Source: Macrostomum lignano (Eukaryota). Taken from it: 64,000 bases of DNA. Made by a program: the position numbers and the translations under genes. Below, piece by piece: positions 22,135-36,742 of this stretch; the first letter of the stretch is position 1, and the number at the start of each line of letters is the position of its first letter. The DNA is taken from positions 62,001-126,000 of the forward strand of contig NIVC01000834.1 in the NCBI GenBank assembly GCA_002269645.1, given 5' to 3'. The notes beneath the pieces are model-generated. The model saw nothing but the letters and a program-made list of their open reading frames with translations. It did no database searches and was not told the DNA's origin.

Positions 22135-25100
22135 CAGCTTGACTGGCTTTTCATCAGCTTGACTGGCTTTTTATCAGCTTGACTGGCTGTTTATCAGCTT
22201 GACTGTTGACTGGCTTTTTATCAGCTTGACTGGCTTCTTATCAGCTTGACTGGCTTTTTATCAGCTTGACTGGCTTTTTATCAGCTTGACTGGCTTTTTA
22301 TCAGCTTGACTGGTTTTTTATCAGCTTGACTGGCTGTTTATCAGCTTGACTGGCTGTTTATCAGCTTGACTGGCTGTTTATCAGCTTGACTGGCTTCTTA
22401 TCAGCTTGACTGGCTTCTTATCAGCTTGACTGGCTTCTTATCAGCTTGACTGGCTTTTTATCAGCTTGACTGGCTGTTTATCAGCTTGACTGTTGACTGG
22501 CTTTTTATCAGCTTGACTGGCTGTTTATCAGCTTGACTGGCTTTTTATCAGCTTGACTGGCTTTTTATCAGCTTGACTGGCTTTTCATCAGCTTCACTGG
22601 CTTTTTATTAGCTTGACTGGCTTTTCATCAGCTTCACTGGCTTTTTATCAGCTTGACTGGCTTTTTATCAGCTTGACTGGCTGTTTATCAGCTTGACTGT
22701 TGACTGGCTTTTTATCAGCTTGACTGGCTTCTTATCAGCTTAACTGGCTGTTTATCAGCTTGACTGGCTTTTTATCAGCTTCACTGGCTTTTTATCAGCT
22801 TCACTGGCTTTTTATTAGCTTGACTGGCTTTTTATCAGCTTGACTGGTTTTTATCAGCTTGACTGGCTTTTTATCAGCTTGACTGGCTTTTCATCAGCTT
22901 GACTGGCTTTTCATCAGCTTCACTGGCTTTTTATTAGCTTCACTGGCTTTTTATCAGCTTGACTGGTTTTTATCAGCTTGACTGGCTTTTTATCAGCTTG
23001 ACTGGCTTTTCATCAGCTTGACTGGCTTTTCATCAGCTTCACTGGCTGTTTATCAGCTTGACTGGCTGTTTATCAGCTTGACTGTTGACTGGCTTTTTAT
23101 CAGCTTGACTGGCTTCTTATCAGCTTGACTGGCTGTTTATCAGCTTGACTGGCTTTTTATCAGCTTGACTGGCTTTTTATCAGCTTGACTGGCTTCTTAT
23201 CAGCTTGACTGGCTTTTTATCAGCTTGACTGGCTTTTTATCAGCTTGACTGGCTTTTTATCAGCTTGACTGGTTTTTTATCAGCTTGACTGGCTGTTTAT
23301 CAGCTTGACTGGCTGTTTATCAGCTTGACTGGCTGTTTATCAGCTTGACTGGCTTCTTATCAGCTTGACTGGCTTCTTATCAGCTTGACTGGCTTCTTAT
23401 CAGCTTGACTGGCTTTTTATCAGCTTGACTGGCTGTTTATCAGCTTGACTGTTGACTGGCTTTTTATCAGCTTGACTGGCTGTTTATCAGCTTGACTGGC
23501 TTTTTATCAGCTTGACTGGCTTTTTATCAGCTTGACTGGCTTTTCATCAGCTTCACTGGCTTTTTATTAGCTTGACTGGCTTTTCATCAGCTTCACTGGC
23601 TTTTTATCAGCTTGACTGGCTTTTTATCAGCTTGACTGGCTGTTTATCAGCTTGACTGTTGACTGGCTTTTTATCAGCTTGACTGGCTTCTTATCAGCTT
23701 GACTGGCTGTTTATCAGCTTGACTGGCTTTTTATCAGCTTGATTGGCTTTTTATCAGCTTGACTGGCTTTTTATCAGCTTCACTGGCTTTTTATTAGCTT
23801 TACTGGCTTTTTATCAGCTTGACTGGATTTTATCAGCTTGACTGGCTTTTTATCAGCTTGACTGGCTGTTTATCAGCTTGATTGTTGACTGGCTTTTTAT
23901 CAGCTTGACTGGCTTCTTATCAGCTTAACTGGCTGTTTATCAGCTTGACTGGCTTTTTATCAGCTTCACTGGCTTTTTATCAGCTTCACTGGCTTTTTAT
24001 TAGCTTGACTGGCTTTTTATCAGCTTGACTGGTTTTTATCAGCTTGACTGGCTTTTTATCAGCTTGACTGGCTTTTCATCAGCTTGACTGGCTTTTCATC
24101 AGCTTCACTGGCTTTTTATTAGCTTCACTGGCTTTTTATCAGCTTGACTGGTTTTTATCAGCTTGACTGGCTTTTTATCAGCTTGACTGGCTTTTCATCA
24201 GCTTGACTGGCTTTTCATCAGCTTCACTGGCTGTTTATCAGCTTGACTGGCTGTTTATCAGCTTGACTGTTGACTGGCTTTTTATCAGCTTGACTGGCTT
24301 CTTATCAGCTTGACTGGCTGTTTATCAGCTTGACTGGCTTTTTATCAGCTTGACTGGCTTTTCATCAGCTTCACTGGCTTCTTATCAGCTTGACTGGCTG
24401 TTTATCAGCTTGACTGGCTTTTTATCAGCTTGATTGGCTTTTTATCAGCTTGACTGGCTTTTTATCAGCTTCACTGGCTTTTTATTAGCTTGACTGGCTT
24501 TTTATCAGCTTGACTGGTTTTTATCAGCTTGACTGGCTTTTTATCAGCTTGACTGGCTTTTCATCAGCTTGACTGGCTTTTCATCAGCTTCACTGGCTTT
24601 TTATTAGCTTCACTGGCTTTTCATCAGCTTCACTGGCTTTTTATTAGCTTGACTGGCTTTTCATCAGCTTCACTGGCTTTTTATCAGCTTGACTGGCTTT
24701 TTATCAGCTTGACTGGCTGTTTATCAGCTTGACTGTTGACTGGCTTTTTATCAGCTTGACTGGCTTCTTATCAGCTTGACTGGCTGTTTATCAGCTTGAC
24801 TGGCTTTTTATCAGCTTGATTGGCTTTTTATCAGCTTGACTGGCTTTTTATCAGCTTCACTGGCTTTTTATCAGCTTGACTGGCTTTTTATCAGCTTGAC
24901 TGGCTTTTTATCAGCTTCACTGGCTTTTTATCAGCTTCACTGGCTTTTCATCAGCTTGACTGGCTTTTTATCAGCTTGACTGGCTTTTTATCAGCTTCAC
25001 TGGCTTTTTATTAGCTTCACTGGCTTTTCATCAGCTTCACTGGCTTTTTATTAGCTTGACTGGCTTTTCATCAGCTTCACTGGCTTTTTATCTGCTTGAC

Positions 25101-28100
25101 TGGCTTTTCATCAGCTTGACTGGCTTTTTATCAGCTTGACTGGCTTTTTATCAGCTTCACTGGCTTTTTATCAGCTTGACTGGCTTTTCATCAGCTTGAC
25201 TGGCTTTTTATCAGCTTGACTGGCTTTTTATCAGCTTCACTGGCTTTTTATTAGCTTCACTGGCTTTTCATCAGCTTCACTGGCTTTTTATTAGCTTCAC
25301 TGGCTTTTCATCAGCCTCACTGGCTTTTTATTAGCTTGACTGGCTTTTCATCAGCTTCACTGGCTTTTTATCAGCTTGACTGGCTTTTTATCAGCTTGAC
25401 TGGCTGTTTATCAGCTTGACTGTTGACTGGCTTTTTATCAGCTTGACTGGCTTCTTATCAGCTTGACTGGCTGTTTATCAGCTTGACTGGCTTTTTATCA
25501 GCTTGATTGGCTTTTTATCAGCTTGACTGGCTTTTCATCAGCTTCACTGGCTTTTTATTAGCTTGACTGGCTTTTTATCAGCTTGACTGGTTTTTATCAG
25601 CTTGACTGGCTTTTTATCAGCTTCACTGGCTTTTCATCAGCTTGACTGGCTTTTCATCAGCTTCACTGGCTTTTTATTAGCTTGACTGGCTTTTCATCAG
25701 CTTCACAGGCTTTTTATTAGCTTGACTGGCTTTTCATCAGCTTCACTGGCTTTTTATCAGCTTGACTGGCTTTTTATCAGCTTGACTGGCTGTTTATCAG
25801 CTTGACTGTTGACTGGCTTTTTATCAGCTTGACTGGCTTCTTATCAGCTTGACTGGCTGTTTATCAGCTTGACTGGCTTTTTATCAGGTTCACTGGCTTT
25901 TTATCAGCTTGACTGGCTTTTCATCAGCTTCACTGGCTTTTTATCAGCTTCACTGGCTTTTTATTAGCTTGACTGGCTTTTCATCAGCTTCACTGGCTTT
26001 TTATCAGCTTGACTGGCTTCTTATCAGCTTGACTGGCTGTTTATCAGCTTGACTGGCTTTTTATCAGCTTGATTGGCTTTTTATCAGCTTGACTGGCTTT
26101 TTATCAGCTTCACTGGCTTTTTATCAGCTTGACTGGCTTTTTATCAGCTTGACTGGCTTTTTATCAGCTTCACTGGCTTTTTATCAGCTTCACTGGCTTT
26201 TCATCAGCTTGACTGGCTTTTTATCAGCTTGACTGGCTTTTTATCAGCTTCACTGGCTTTTTATTAGCTTCACTGGCTTTTCATCAGCTTCACTGGCTTT
26301 TTATTAGCTTGACTGGCTTTTCATCAGCTTCACTGGCTTTTTATCTGCTTGACTGGCTTTTCATCAGCTTGACTGGCTTTTTATCAGCTTGACTGGCTTT
26401 TTATCAGCTTCACTGGCTTTTTATCAGCTTGACTGGCTTTTCATCAGCTTGACTGGCTTTTTATCAGCTTGACTGGCTTTTTATCAGCTTCACTGGCTTT
26501 TTATTAGCTTCACTGGCTTTTCATCAGCTTCACTGGCTTTTTATTAGCTTCACTGGCTTTTCATCAGCCTCACTGGCTTTTTATTAGCTTGACTGGCTTT
26601 TCATCAGCTTCACTGGCTTTTTATCAGCTTGACTGGCTTTTTATCAGCTTGACTGGCTGTTTATCAGCTTGACTGTTGACTGGCTTTTTATCAGCTTGAC
26701 TGGCTTCTTATCAGCTTGACTGGCTGTTTATCAGCTTGACTGGCTTTTTATCAGCTTGATTGGCTTTTTATCAGCTTGACTGGCTTTTCATCAGCTTCAC
26801 TGGCTTTTTATTAGCTTGACTGGCTTTTTATCAGCTTGACTGGTTTTTATCAGCTTGACTGGCTTTTTATCAGCTTCACTGGCTTTTCATCAGCTTGACT
26901 GGCTTTTCATCAGCTTCACTGGCTTTTTATTAGCTTGACTGGCTTTTCATCAGCTTCACAGGCTTTTTATTAGCTTGACTGGCTTTTCATCAGCTTCACT
27001 GGCTTTTTATCAGCTTGACTGGCTTTTTATCAGCTTGACTGGCTGTTTATCAGCTTGACTGTTGACTGGCTTTTTATCAGCTTGACTGGCTTCTTATCAG
27101 CTTGACTGGCTGTTTATCAGCTTGACTGGCTTTTTATCAGGTTCACTGGCTTTTTATCAGCTTGACTGGCTTTTCATCAGCTTCACTGGCTTTTTATCAG
27201 CTTCACTGGCTTTTCATCAGCTTGACTGGCTTTTCATCAGCTTCACTGGCTTTTTATCAGCTTCACTGGCTTTTTATCAGCTTCACTGGCTTTTTATTAG
27301 CTTGACTGGCTTTTCATCAGCTTCACTGGCTTTTCATCAGCTTCACAGGCTTTTTATTAGCTTGACTGGCTTTTCATCAGCTTCACTGGCTTTTTATCAG
27401 CTTCACTGGCTTTTCATCAGCTTGACTGGCTTTTCATCAGCTTCACTGGCTTTTTATCAGCTTCACTGGCTTTTTATCAGCTTCACTGGCTTTTCATCAG
27501 CTTGACTGGCTTTTCATCAGCTTCACTGGCTTTTTATCAGCTTCACTGGCTTTTCATCAGCTTCACTGGCTTTTCATCAGCTTCACAGGCTTTTTATTAG
27601 CTTGACTGGCTTTTCATCAGCTTCACTGGCTTTTTATCAGCTTCACTGGCTTTTCATCAGCTTGACTGGCTTTTCATCAGCTTCACTGGCTTTTTATCAG
27701 CTTCACTGGCTTTTTATCAGCTTCACTGGCTTTTCATCAGCTTCACTGGCTGTTTATCAGCTTGACGGGCTGTTTATCAGCTTCACTGGCTGTTTATCAG
27801 CTTGACTGGCTTTTCATCAGCTTCACTGGCTGTTTATCAGCTTGACTGGCTTTTCATCAGCTTCACTGGCTTTTTATCAGCTTGACTGGCTTTTCATCAG
27901 CTTCACTGGCTGTTTATCAGCTTGACTGGCTTTTCATCAGCTTCACTGGCTTTTTATCAGCTTGACTGGCTTTTTATCAGCTTGACTGGCTGTTTATCAG
28001 CTTCACTGGCTTTTCATCAGCTTCACTGGCTTTTTATCAGCTTGACTGGCTTTTTATCAGCTTGACTGGCTTTTCATCAGCTTCACTGGCTTTTTATCAG

Positions 28101-28803
28101 CTTGACTGGCTTTTTATCAGCTTGACTGGCTTTTCATCAGCTTCACTGGCTGTTTATCAGCTTGACTGGCTTTTCATCAGCTTCACTGGCTTTTTATCAG
28201 CTTGACTGGCTTTTTATCAGCTTGACTGGCTGTTTATCAGCTTCACTGGCTTTTCATCAGCTTCACTGGCTTTTTATCAGCTTGACTGGCTTTTCATCAG
28301 CTTCACTGGCTTTTTATCAGCTTCACTGGCTTTTCATCAGCTTCACTGGCTGTTTATCAGCTTGACTGGCTTTTCATCAGCTTGACTGGCTTTTTATCAG
28401 CTTGACTGGCTGTTTATCAGCTTCACTGGCTTTTCATCAGCTTCACTGGCTTTTTATCAGCTTGACTGGCTTTTTATCAGCTTGACTGGCTGTTTATCAG
28501 CTTGACTGGCTTTTTATCAGCTTGACTGGCTTTTCATCAGCTTCACTGGCTTTTTATTAGCTTGACTGGCTTTTCATCAGCTTCACTGGCTTTTTATCAG
28601 CTTGACTGGCTTTTTATCAGCTTGACTGGCTTTTTATCAGCTTGACTGGCTTTTCATCAGCTTGACTGGCTTTTTATCAGCTTGACTGGCTGTTTATCAG
28701 CTTGACTGGCTTTTTATCAGCTTGACTGGCTGTTTATCAGCTTGACTGGCTTTTTATCAGCTTGACTGGCTGTTTATCAGCTTTATTGGCTTTTTATCAG
28801 CTT
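22135..28803. repeat. Satellite array, 20-bp unit TCAGCTTGACTGGCTTTTTA, ~330 copies (~6.7 kb)
   Basis: Direct reading. Variants TTCAC, CTGTT, CTTCT, TTCAT and a 27-bp variant with a TGTTGAC insertion. Confidence 0.98.
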
Positions 28804-29436
28804 GGTAGCTTGAATCGCAGATAAAACAGTTTTTAATAACAAAACAGCTTATAAAACAGATAGTTTTTAATGTACTGCATCTATGAATATTCATTACTCA
28901 GTATATATATTTATATATGCATTAATCTATGCAATAATCAGAACAATTATATTGTAAAAAAGCGAAACAAGGGAAAAAGCCAAGCTAGAAAAGCACGAAT
29001 CAGTTGTTCTATTAATTCCGAGAATTGCCAGGCCAGCAGGTCGCAGTGCAAAAACACAACGGGAAATAACACAAACAACAAAACGATAGCAATGAGATGC
29101 AGACAGATAAGAGACTCGAGATAGCAATTTTTGTGTAAGATAAAAAGGCCAGAAAACGAGAATAAATGAAAAGTTTACATTAAATTTATAAAGTTTCGAA
29201 CACCCGCAACTTTTTAGAACAGAAAACAATTTCAGATATACAATTCTATACACGCTACTGAACAGATAAGTTAGTAGAGTATTGCAAAATATACGTTTTA
29301 AAAATTACATCCGACCAAGAGACTGAAATAATATTTCTTTCAGAACCGACTCGAAGCAGATGCAAGCGCGCGCTCTGTCTGTACGATATGTATAGAAAAA
29401 CCATATTCTTGTGTGAAGCAAGTTGACTAACAGCTA

Positions 29437-29523
29437 GGATGGCAATTGTCCAGCATCATTGGGAAGGATTGCAATTGTCCAGAACCATTGGGAAGGATGG
29501 CAATTGTCCAGCATCATTGGGAA
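29437..29523. repeat. Three tandem copies of the 29-bp unit GGATGGCAATTGTCCAGCATCATTGGGAA
   Basis: Direct reading. Confidence 0.85.
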
Positions 29524-30029
29524 TATAAAATTAACCCAGACTGACCATACGTGCCACTGACCACCCAGACTCACGACAGACAGAACAGGCATGCAAAGAC
29601 AAGACAGACAGAACACAAGGCGTGCAGATAAACAATGGATTAAAAGTGCATGCAAACTTGCATTATATCCATAATAATAAATGATTTTCATAGCGACTAG
29701 AGATCAGCTGACTGCAAGTATTATTGCCAATAGCAAGGGATTGCGAATAGAAGAATAAAAAAGTGATAACTTTTTAAAAAACAAGTACACAATGTACTTT
29801 TGTAGCTGTGTTGTATATAAAATTTTGAAAAAGCAAAATATATAAATTTTGGATTGCACAACTAAATGAACTGCAGTAATATAGTCACGTCAGAGGGCTG
29901 ATGTAATGGATTTGCATAATCATAAACTAGTTTCAATTGATTCAGGTAGAATTGTACACAGTGAAGCAATAAAATTGCTTACAATTTGTACTTTAATTGA
30001 TATACTCTAGTCTAAATATTTCGTACATC

Positions 30030-31095
30030 ACATCAATGTACATATTGTGTACAATACTTCAATGTACATATTGTGTACAATACTTCAATGTACATATTGC
30101 GTACAATACTTCAATGTACATATTGTGTACAATACTTCAATGTACATATTGTGTACAGTACATCAATGTACATATTGTGTACAGTACTTCAATGTACATA
30201 TTGTGTACAATACTTCAATGTACATATTGGGTACAGTACTTCAACGTACATATTGTGTACAATACTTTAATGTACATATTGTGTACAATACTTCAATTTA
30301 CATATTGTGTACAGTACTTCAATGTACATATTGTGTACAGTACTTCAATGTACATATTGTGTACAATACTTCAATGTACATATTGTGTACAGTACTTCAA
30401 TGTACATATTGTGTACAGTACTTCAATGTACATATTGTGTACAATACTTCAATGTACATATTGTGTACAGTACATCAATGTACATATTGTGTACAGTACT
30501 TCAATGTACATATTGTGTACAATACTTCAATGTACATATTGGGTACAGTACTTCAACGTACATATTGTGTACAATACTTTAATGTACATATTGTGTACAA
30601 TACTTCAATTTACATATTGTGTACAGTACTTCAATGTACATATTGTGTACAGTACTTCAATGTACATATTGTGTACAGTACTTCAATGTACATATTGTGT
30701 ACAATACTTCAATGTACATATTGTGTACAGTACTTCAATGTACATATTGTGTACAGTACTTCAATGTACATATTGTGTACAATACTTCAATGTACATATT
30801 GTGTACAGTACTTCAATGTACATATTGTGTACAGTACTTCAATGTACATATTGTGTACAGTACTTCAATGTACATATTGGGTACAATACTTCAATGTACA
30901 TATTGTGTACAGTACTTCAATGTACATATTGTGTACAGTACTTCAATGTACATATTGTGTACAATACTTCAATGTACATATTGTGTACAGTACTTCAATG
31001 TACATATTGTGTACAGTACTTCAATGTACATATTGTGTACAGTACTTCAATGTACATATTGGGTACAGTACTTCAATGTACATATTGTGTACAGC
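30030..31095. repeat. Minisatellite, 26-bp unit TTGTGTACA(A/G)TACTTCAATGTACATA, ~41 copies
   Basis: Direct reading. It produces the repetitive MYILCT ORFs. Confidence 0.96.
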
Positions 31096-31592
31096 ACGCC
31101 AATATACACATTTTGCAAAGTACTTCTTGTCCTAAATAGGATAAATTATTGTCCTATTAGAATTTTCCTATAAAAATTAGAGAAGGGAAAATTGAGAAGT
31201 CAAAAAACAGTCATTCATAATATTGACTGGACTGATGAGAGGCAGCAACAACACGGCACAGTAGTTGAGAGTATTAACGAGGCTTGATAAACCTCATGAC
31301 TGGACGAGTAATTAACAAATTCAATAAAAGCATAGTTAAAAAAATTAACAAAATTCTAAAATATTTTATAGTTAAGGGAGACGAAAAATCAATTATTAAA
31401 TTTATTAAAAAATATCTAATAATTATAATTAGAACTTCTATATATGCATAGATAAATTGCGTTATAATGAAAATAATATTGCTATTTAAAAAAGTGTCGG
31501 ACATCAAGACAATCAAAAAGAATTATAGAGAATTAGGACACAGCGCAAGCATAGTAGAGCAAGAGTTGCCAGTCACAATGCAGACAGCTGGC

Positions 31593-34500
31593 TCAGAGCA
31601 GTTCGTACTGGCGCAGGTGCATCCGCTGGATGATGTCGCGGCAGTCTTTGAACACCCGACGAATGTTTTCCGTGTCCACAGCGCAGGTGAAGTGCGGATA
31701 GCAATAGTGCTGCGATGCCGCATCGTTTGCGCTCACTTTCTGCGTGTTGCAAATCAAAATTGGCGGTCGTGTGTGAAACACCTCCTTGATTTGTACTTTT
31801 GCTTACTGTATTATGGATTTGTACACTTTTGACTTTGTACACTGTTGTATTTGTACACTGTTGGATTTGTACACTGTTGGATTTGTACACTATTGGATTT
31901 CTACACTGTTAGTTTTGTACACTGTTGGATTTGTACACTGTTGGATTTGTACACTGTTGGATTTGTACACTGTTGGATTTGTACACTATTGGATTTCTAC
32001 ACTGTTAGTTTTGTACACTGTTGGATTTGTACACTGTTGGATTTGTACACTGTTGGATTTGTACACTGTTGGATTTGTACACTGTTGGATTTGTACACTG
32101 TTGGATTTGTACACTGTTGGATTTGTACACTGCTCGATTTGTACACTGTTGGATTTGTACACTGTTGGATTTGTACACTTTTGGATTTGTACACTGTTGG
32201 ATTTGTACACTTGTATTTGTACAGTTGAATTAGTACACACTACTCTGTACACAGCTAGATTAGTAAATTATTCTACTTAGAAAAAGTGTGCTCATTGATC
32301 CGTAAATATGGATCTGTGAAATTTCAGTTTTTTTACTTACCAAGAACTGATCTCTGATAAAGTACTTTGCTCGAAGCACTTCGGCGTCTTCTGAATCTGG
32401 ATTGCTCACTAAAAACGATTTTCAATGAAAAAAAATAAATCTTGCTTGAACCGCCTCTAGAATACTCCCTAATCCTCTTCTAGAGTACTGATTAATCCGC
32501 CTCTAGAATCACCGATATGGTTCTCAGAGATACTTATCTGCCTCTAGAATACTCATTAAACCGCCTCTAGGATACTCATTAATCCGCCTCTAGAATACTC
32601 CCTAATCCTCTTCTAGAATACTCATTAATCCGCCTCTAGAATACTCCCTAATCCTCTTCTAGAATACTCATTAATCCGCCTCTAAAATACTGCCTAATCC
32701 TCTTCTAGAATACTCATTAATCCGCCTCTAGGATACTCCCTAATCCACCCTGGAATCCTCCCCAATCCTATATACTAAATCTCTAATCTAACTATACTAA
32801 ATCTCTAATATCAAATATACTAAAAATCCTCTCTAAATCTGAAGTTTATCCGACATTCCGACTCACCACCCTCGGTGGGCAGGCAGTAGTCCTTGTAGTC
32901 AAGAAAGTAATCTTCCAGTCGTGACTTTCCAGCCATAATCTTCTCGGCCAGCAAGTCTTGCTTGTTGAGGAAGAGAATCACCGATATGGTTCTCAGGTAT
33001 CTGTTGAGTTAAAAAAACAGTTGTTACGTTCATTATCGGTGTTTATATAACATAGATAGGGCTGCTTCATGGGCGATTCTAGGGCTGCTTCAGATGCCAT
33101 TCTAGGGCTGCTTCAAGGAGGTTCTAGGGCTGCTTCAGGGAGGTTCTAGAGCTGCTTCAGGGAGATTCTAGGGCTGATTCAAGGAGGTTCTAGAGCTGCT
33201 TCAGGGAGATTCTAGGGCTGCTTCAAGGAGGTTCTAGAGCTGCTTCAGGGAGATTCTAGGGCTGATTCAAGGAGGTTCTAGAGCTGCTTCAAGGAGGTTC
33301 TAGAGCTGCTTCAGGGAGATTCTAGGGCTGCTTCAAGGAGGTTCTAGAGCTGATTCAAGGTTCTAGGGCTGCTTCAAGGAGGTTCTAGAGCTGCTTCAAG
33401 GAGGTTCTAGGGCTGCTTCAAGGAGGTTCTAGGGCTGCTTCAAGGAGGTTCTAGAGCTGCATCAGGGAGGTTCTAGGGCTGCTTCAAGGAGGTTCTAGGG
33501 CTGCTTCAAGGAGGTTCTAGAGCTGCATCAGGGAGGTTCTAGGGCTGCTTCAAGGAGGTTCTAGAGCTGCATCAGGGAGGTTCTAGGGCTGCTTCAAGGA
33601 GGTTCTAGAGCTGCTTCAAGGAGGTTCTAGAGCTGCTTCAGGGAGATTCTAGGGCTGCTTCAATGAGGTTCTAGAGCTGCTTCAAGGAGGTTCTAGGGCT
33701 GCTTCAAGGAGGTTCTAGAGCTGCTTCAAGGAGGTTCTAGAGCTGCTTCAGGGAGATTCTAGAGCTGCTTCAAGGAGGTTCTAGAGCTGCTTCAGGGAGA
33801 TTCTAGGGCTGCTTCAAGGAGGTTCTAGAGCTGCTTCAGGGTGATTCTAGGGCTGCTTCAAGGAGGTTCTAGAGCTGCTTCCGGGCGATTCTACGGCTGC
33901 TTCCGGGAGATTCTAGGGCTGCTTCAGATGCGATTCTAGGGCTGCTTCAAGGAGCTGTTAGGGCTGCTTCAAAGGCGATTCTAGGGTCGCTTCGGGGAGA
34001 TTCTAGGGCTGCTTCAGGGATATTCTAGAGCTGCTTCAGGGGCGATTCTAGGGCTGCTTCAGGCAGATTCTAGAGTTGCTTTAGGGAGATTCTAGATCTG
34101 TTTTAGGTTTGCAGGGCTGTTTTAAGGGGCTAGTTGAAACTAGTTGAAAATCCAACCAACCTATTGGTCCAAATGGACTGGAACAGCTCCAGACTCTCTT
34201 TCAATCGGTTCTGCGTTGGATCCTCGCGCAACACCATGTTGTAAGACGAGGAGGCCGTGACAAATATGATAGCCGTGACGTCGTTGAAGCACTGGATCCA
34301 CTTGCGCCTCTCCTCTCTCTGGCCGCCGACGTCAAACATGTGAAACTGCACTTTGTCAACGCTGAACTTTGTCTCAAAGATGCCAGACGTGAGCACTCGA
34401 CATCGAAGGATGTCCTGCTCGGAGGGCTCGTAGTCCGGACGGCCGACCTCTTCCGCTTTGTCTAGGAAGCTGGGACGAGAGGGAATTAAACAGGGATTAC

Positions 34501-36396
34501 AGCCAACTGTAATATCGTTTTGTGGTTATGTGGAAGGCCTTCCACTTATTTCTACCGTTCTTTTGTGAAAGTCAAATCCGCGCGCGATTCTATGATAAAC
34601 AATTTGTTTTAATTTTCATAATAATTTTCTAACCGCGCCTTTCCACTACCCCCCGGCCCCGCCCCGCTCCAATTTTGATTGCCTTTCTCGGAATTCCAGC
34701 CTAAAGCTGCCATGTACATTTCAGTGGACTGGCCAATGTACATTATTGCTAAACCATTTAGCAAGTTGTTTACGCCTGCAAGCTTTGAGCTTCTAAACTT
34801 ATCAAAGTCAGTTCAGCCGCCTTTATTTTTATAAAATAGCTTATGTATTCTTCTTTTTGCTACTGAACTGAAAGTAGAAAGCTGTTTTGCTAAGTATATG
34901 CCTGAGTGGCTCATCTAGTTATTTTAGTATCTGTGGCCTGCCCTAAATCCTCGGAATTCAGAAATGTTTGAATACCAATATATAGATAAAAATGAAAAAC
35001 TTTCTCATACTAGACTACTTAAAGTAAAAAATATAAGAAAAAAGAACTTTAGCAAGTATACAAAAATCATCTGCTATCAAGCAGAGAAAGAGGGACAAAG
35101 TCTCAAGTAAATGATGCCTGTCAAACATGTCCTGTCTCGTTTTCTAGGCCTCTAGTTAAGCTCAACTCGAAGGCTTGCTATCTCTATCTCTACCTAGCTA
35201 TATGTAGGACAGGATGGGCTATAATTGCAGGTATTTCCAAACTACAGAAACTCTCCCGAGTTGGGAAAATAAAGGGCCCGCATCGACAGGCATCAGCTAG
35301 ATTAGCAATGCAAAGATATGCTCGCCTAGTGAGATGTCTGCTTTCAAATTTGAGTGCCGCCTTGAAGCAGTCAAGCACGCAAAAAAGTTCAAGCATAACT
35401 CACTCCTTCCGGCTGAGATGCCATGGCTCAATGGGGGAGTTGCTGAGATGCCATGGCTCAATGGGGGAGTTTCTGAGATGCCATGTCTCAATGGGGGAGT
35501 TTCTGAGATGCCATGGCTCAATGGGGGAGTTGCTGAGATGCCATGGCTCAATGGGGGAGTTTCTGAGATGCCATGGCTCAATGGGGGGGTTTCTGAGATG
35601 CCATGGCTCAATGGGGGAGTTGCTGAGATGCCATGGCTCAATGGAAGAATTGCTGAGATGCCATGGATCAATGGGGGAGTTCCTGAGATGCCAAGACTCA
35701 ACGTGCAGTAAAAATCAGAGAAAACATACAATAGCCTAAAGAACTTTCATTTAGGACTTTCGGCACCTCTGCTGAGGGGATCGGACACATTGGATACTCT
35801 CACAGTTCTTTTTTTTCGCGCGCAGGCTCTAAGGTCATAAATTAAAACAGAGAGGAATTTTAGCGTCAACCTTGGACAACCGTCGCTAAAGAAAGGAAGC
35901 AAATAAAAGTACACCGTACACAAGCTGTACAGCTGCTTTGCACTCCAAAGAGGTTTTTTATTGATAGCTAAGAATTGCGCTAAACTTCAGCCCATTGCAC
36001 CACATACAGCAGATCCCAAAGCTAAAGGTGACGCTGTGAAAGAGCGAGTTGAAGCCTGAGCTAAAAAAATGTTGAAATTCGATGCAATATACAAGAGATC
36101 GCAGTTGAGACTTGTGCTCCCTTTTAGGAAACTAACACCCCGAGCTGCCCTTGACTGCTCTATATCGAGGAACAGGCTCTATGTTTAGACAGTGAAGATA
36201 AGAGATTATAATAAAAAATGCGCCACAAAATAAAGCTGGGAATCTCGACTATAGAGTGGAATAAAAATAGAAACCCACATCTATCCTGACTGAGAATGAC
36301 TGACAAACTGAATCAATCACTTAAGGAAGCAGACAGACAAATGCTGATATGGGAGGTAGACAGGCAAATAGGCAAACGGACAGGTACACACAGACT

Positions 36397-36431
<35 letters not shown>

Positions 36432-36467
36432 CGACAGACAGACAGACAGACAGACAGGCAGACAGAC

Positions 36468-36499
<32 letters not shown>

Positions 36500-36599
36500 C
36501 GACAGACAGACAGACAGACAGACAGGCAGACAGACAGATAGACAGACAGACAGACAGACAGGCAGGCAGGCAGACAGATAGACAGACAGACAGACAGAC

Positions 36600-36686
<87 letters not shown>

Positions 36687-36699
36687 TAGACAGACACTA

Positions 36700-36742
<43 letters not shown>

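Noticed and set aside
27122-28365. Hydrophobic ORFs (SLAFYQLHWLF...)
   Set aside because: Artefacts of the 20-bp satellite.
29997-31173. 380-aa and 362-aa Cys/Tyr-rich ORFs (MYILCTVLQ...) open in all three plus frames
   Set aside because: They are translations of the 26-bp satellite, which happens to lack stops. No splice or gene context.
35297-35739. 10-aa repeat ORFs (EMPWLNGGV.., [10 protein letters not shown]..) on both strands
   Set aside because: 30-bp intronic minisatellite inside the G-alpha-s gene.
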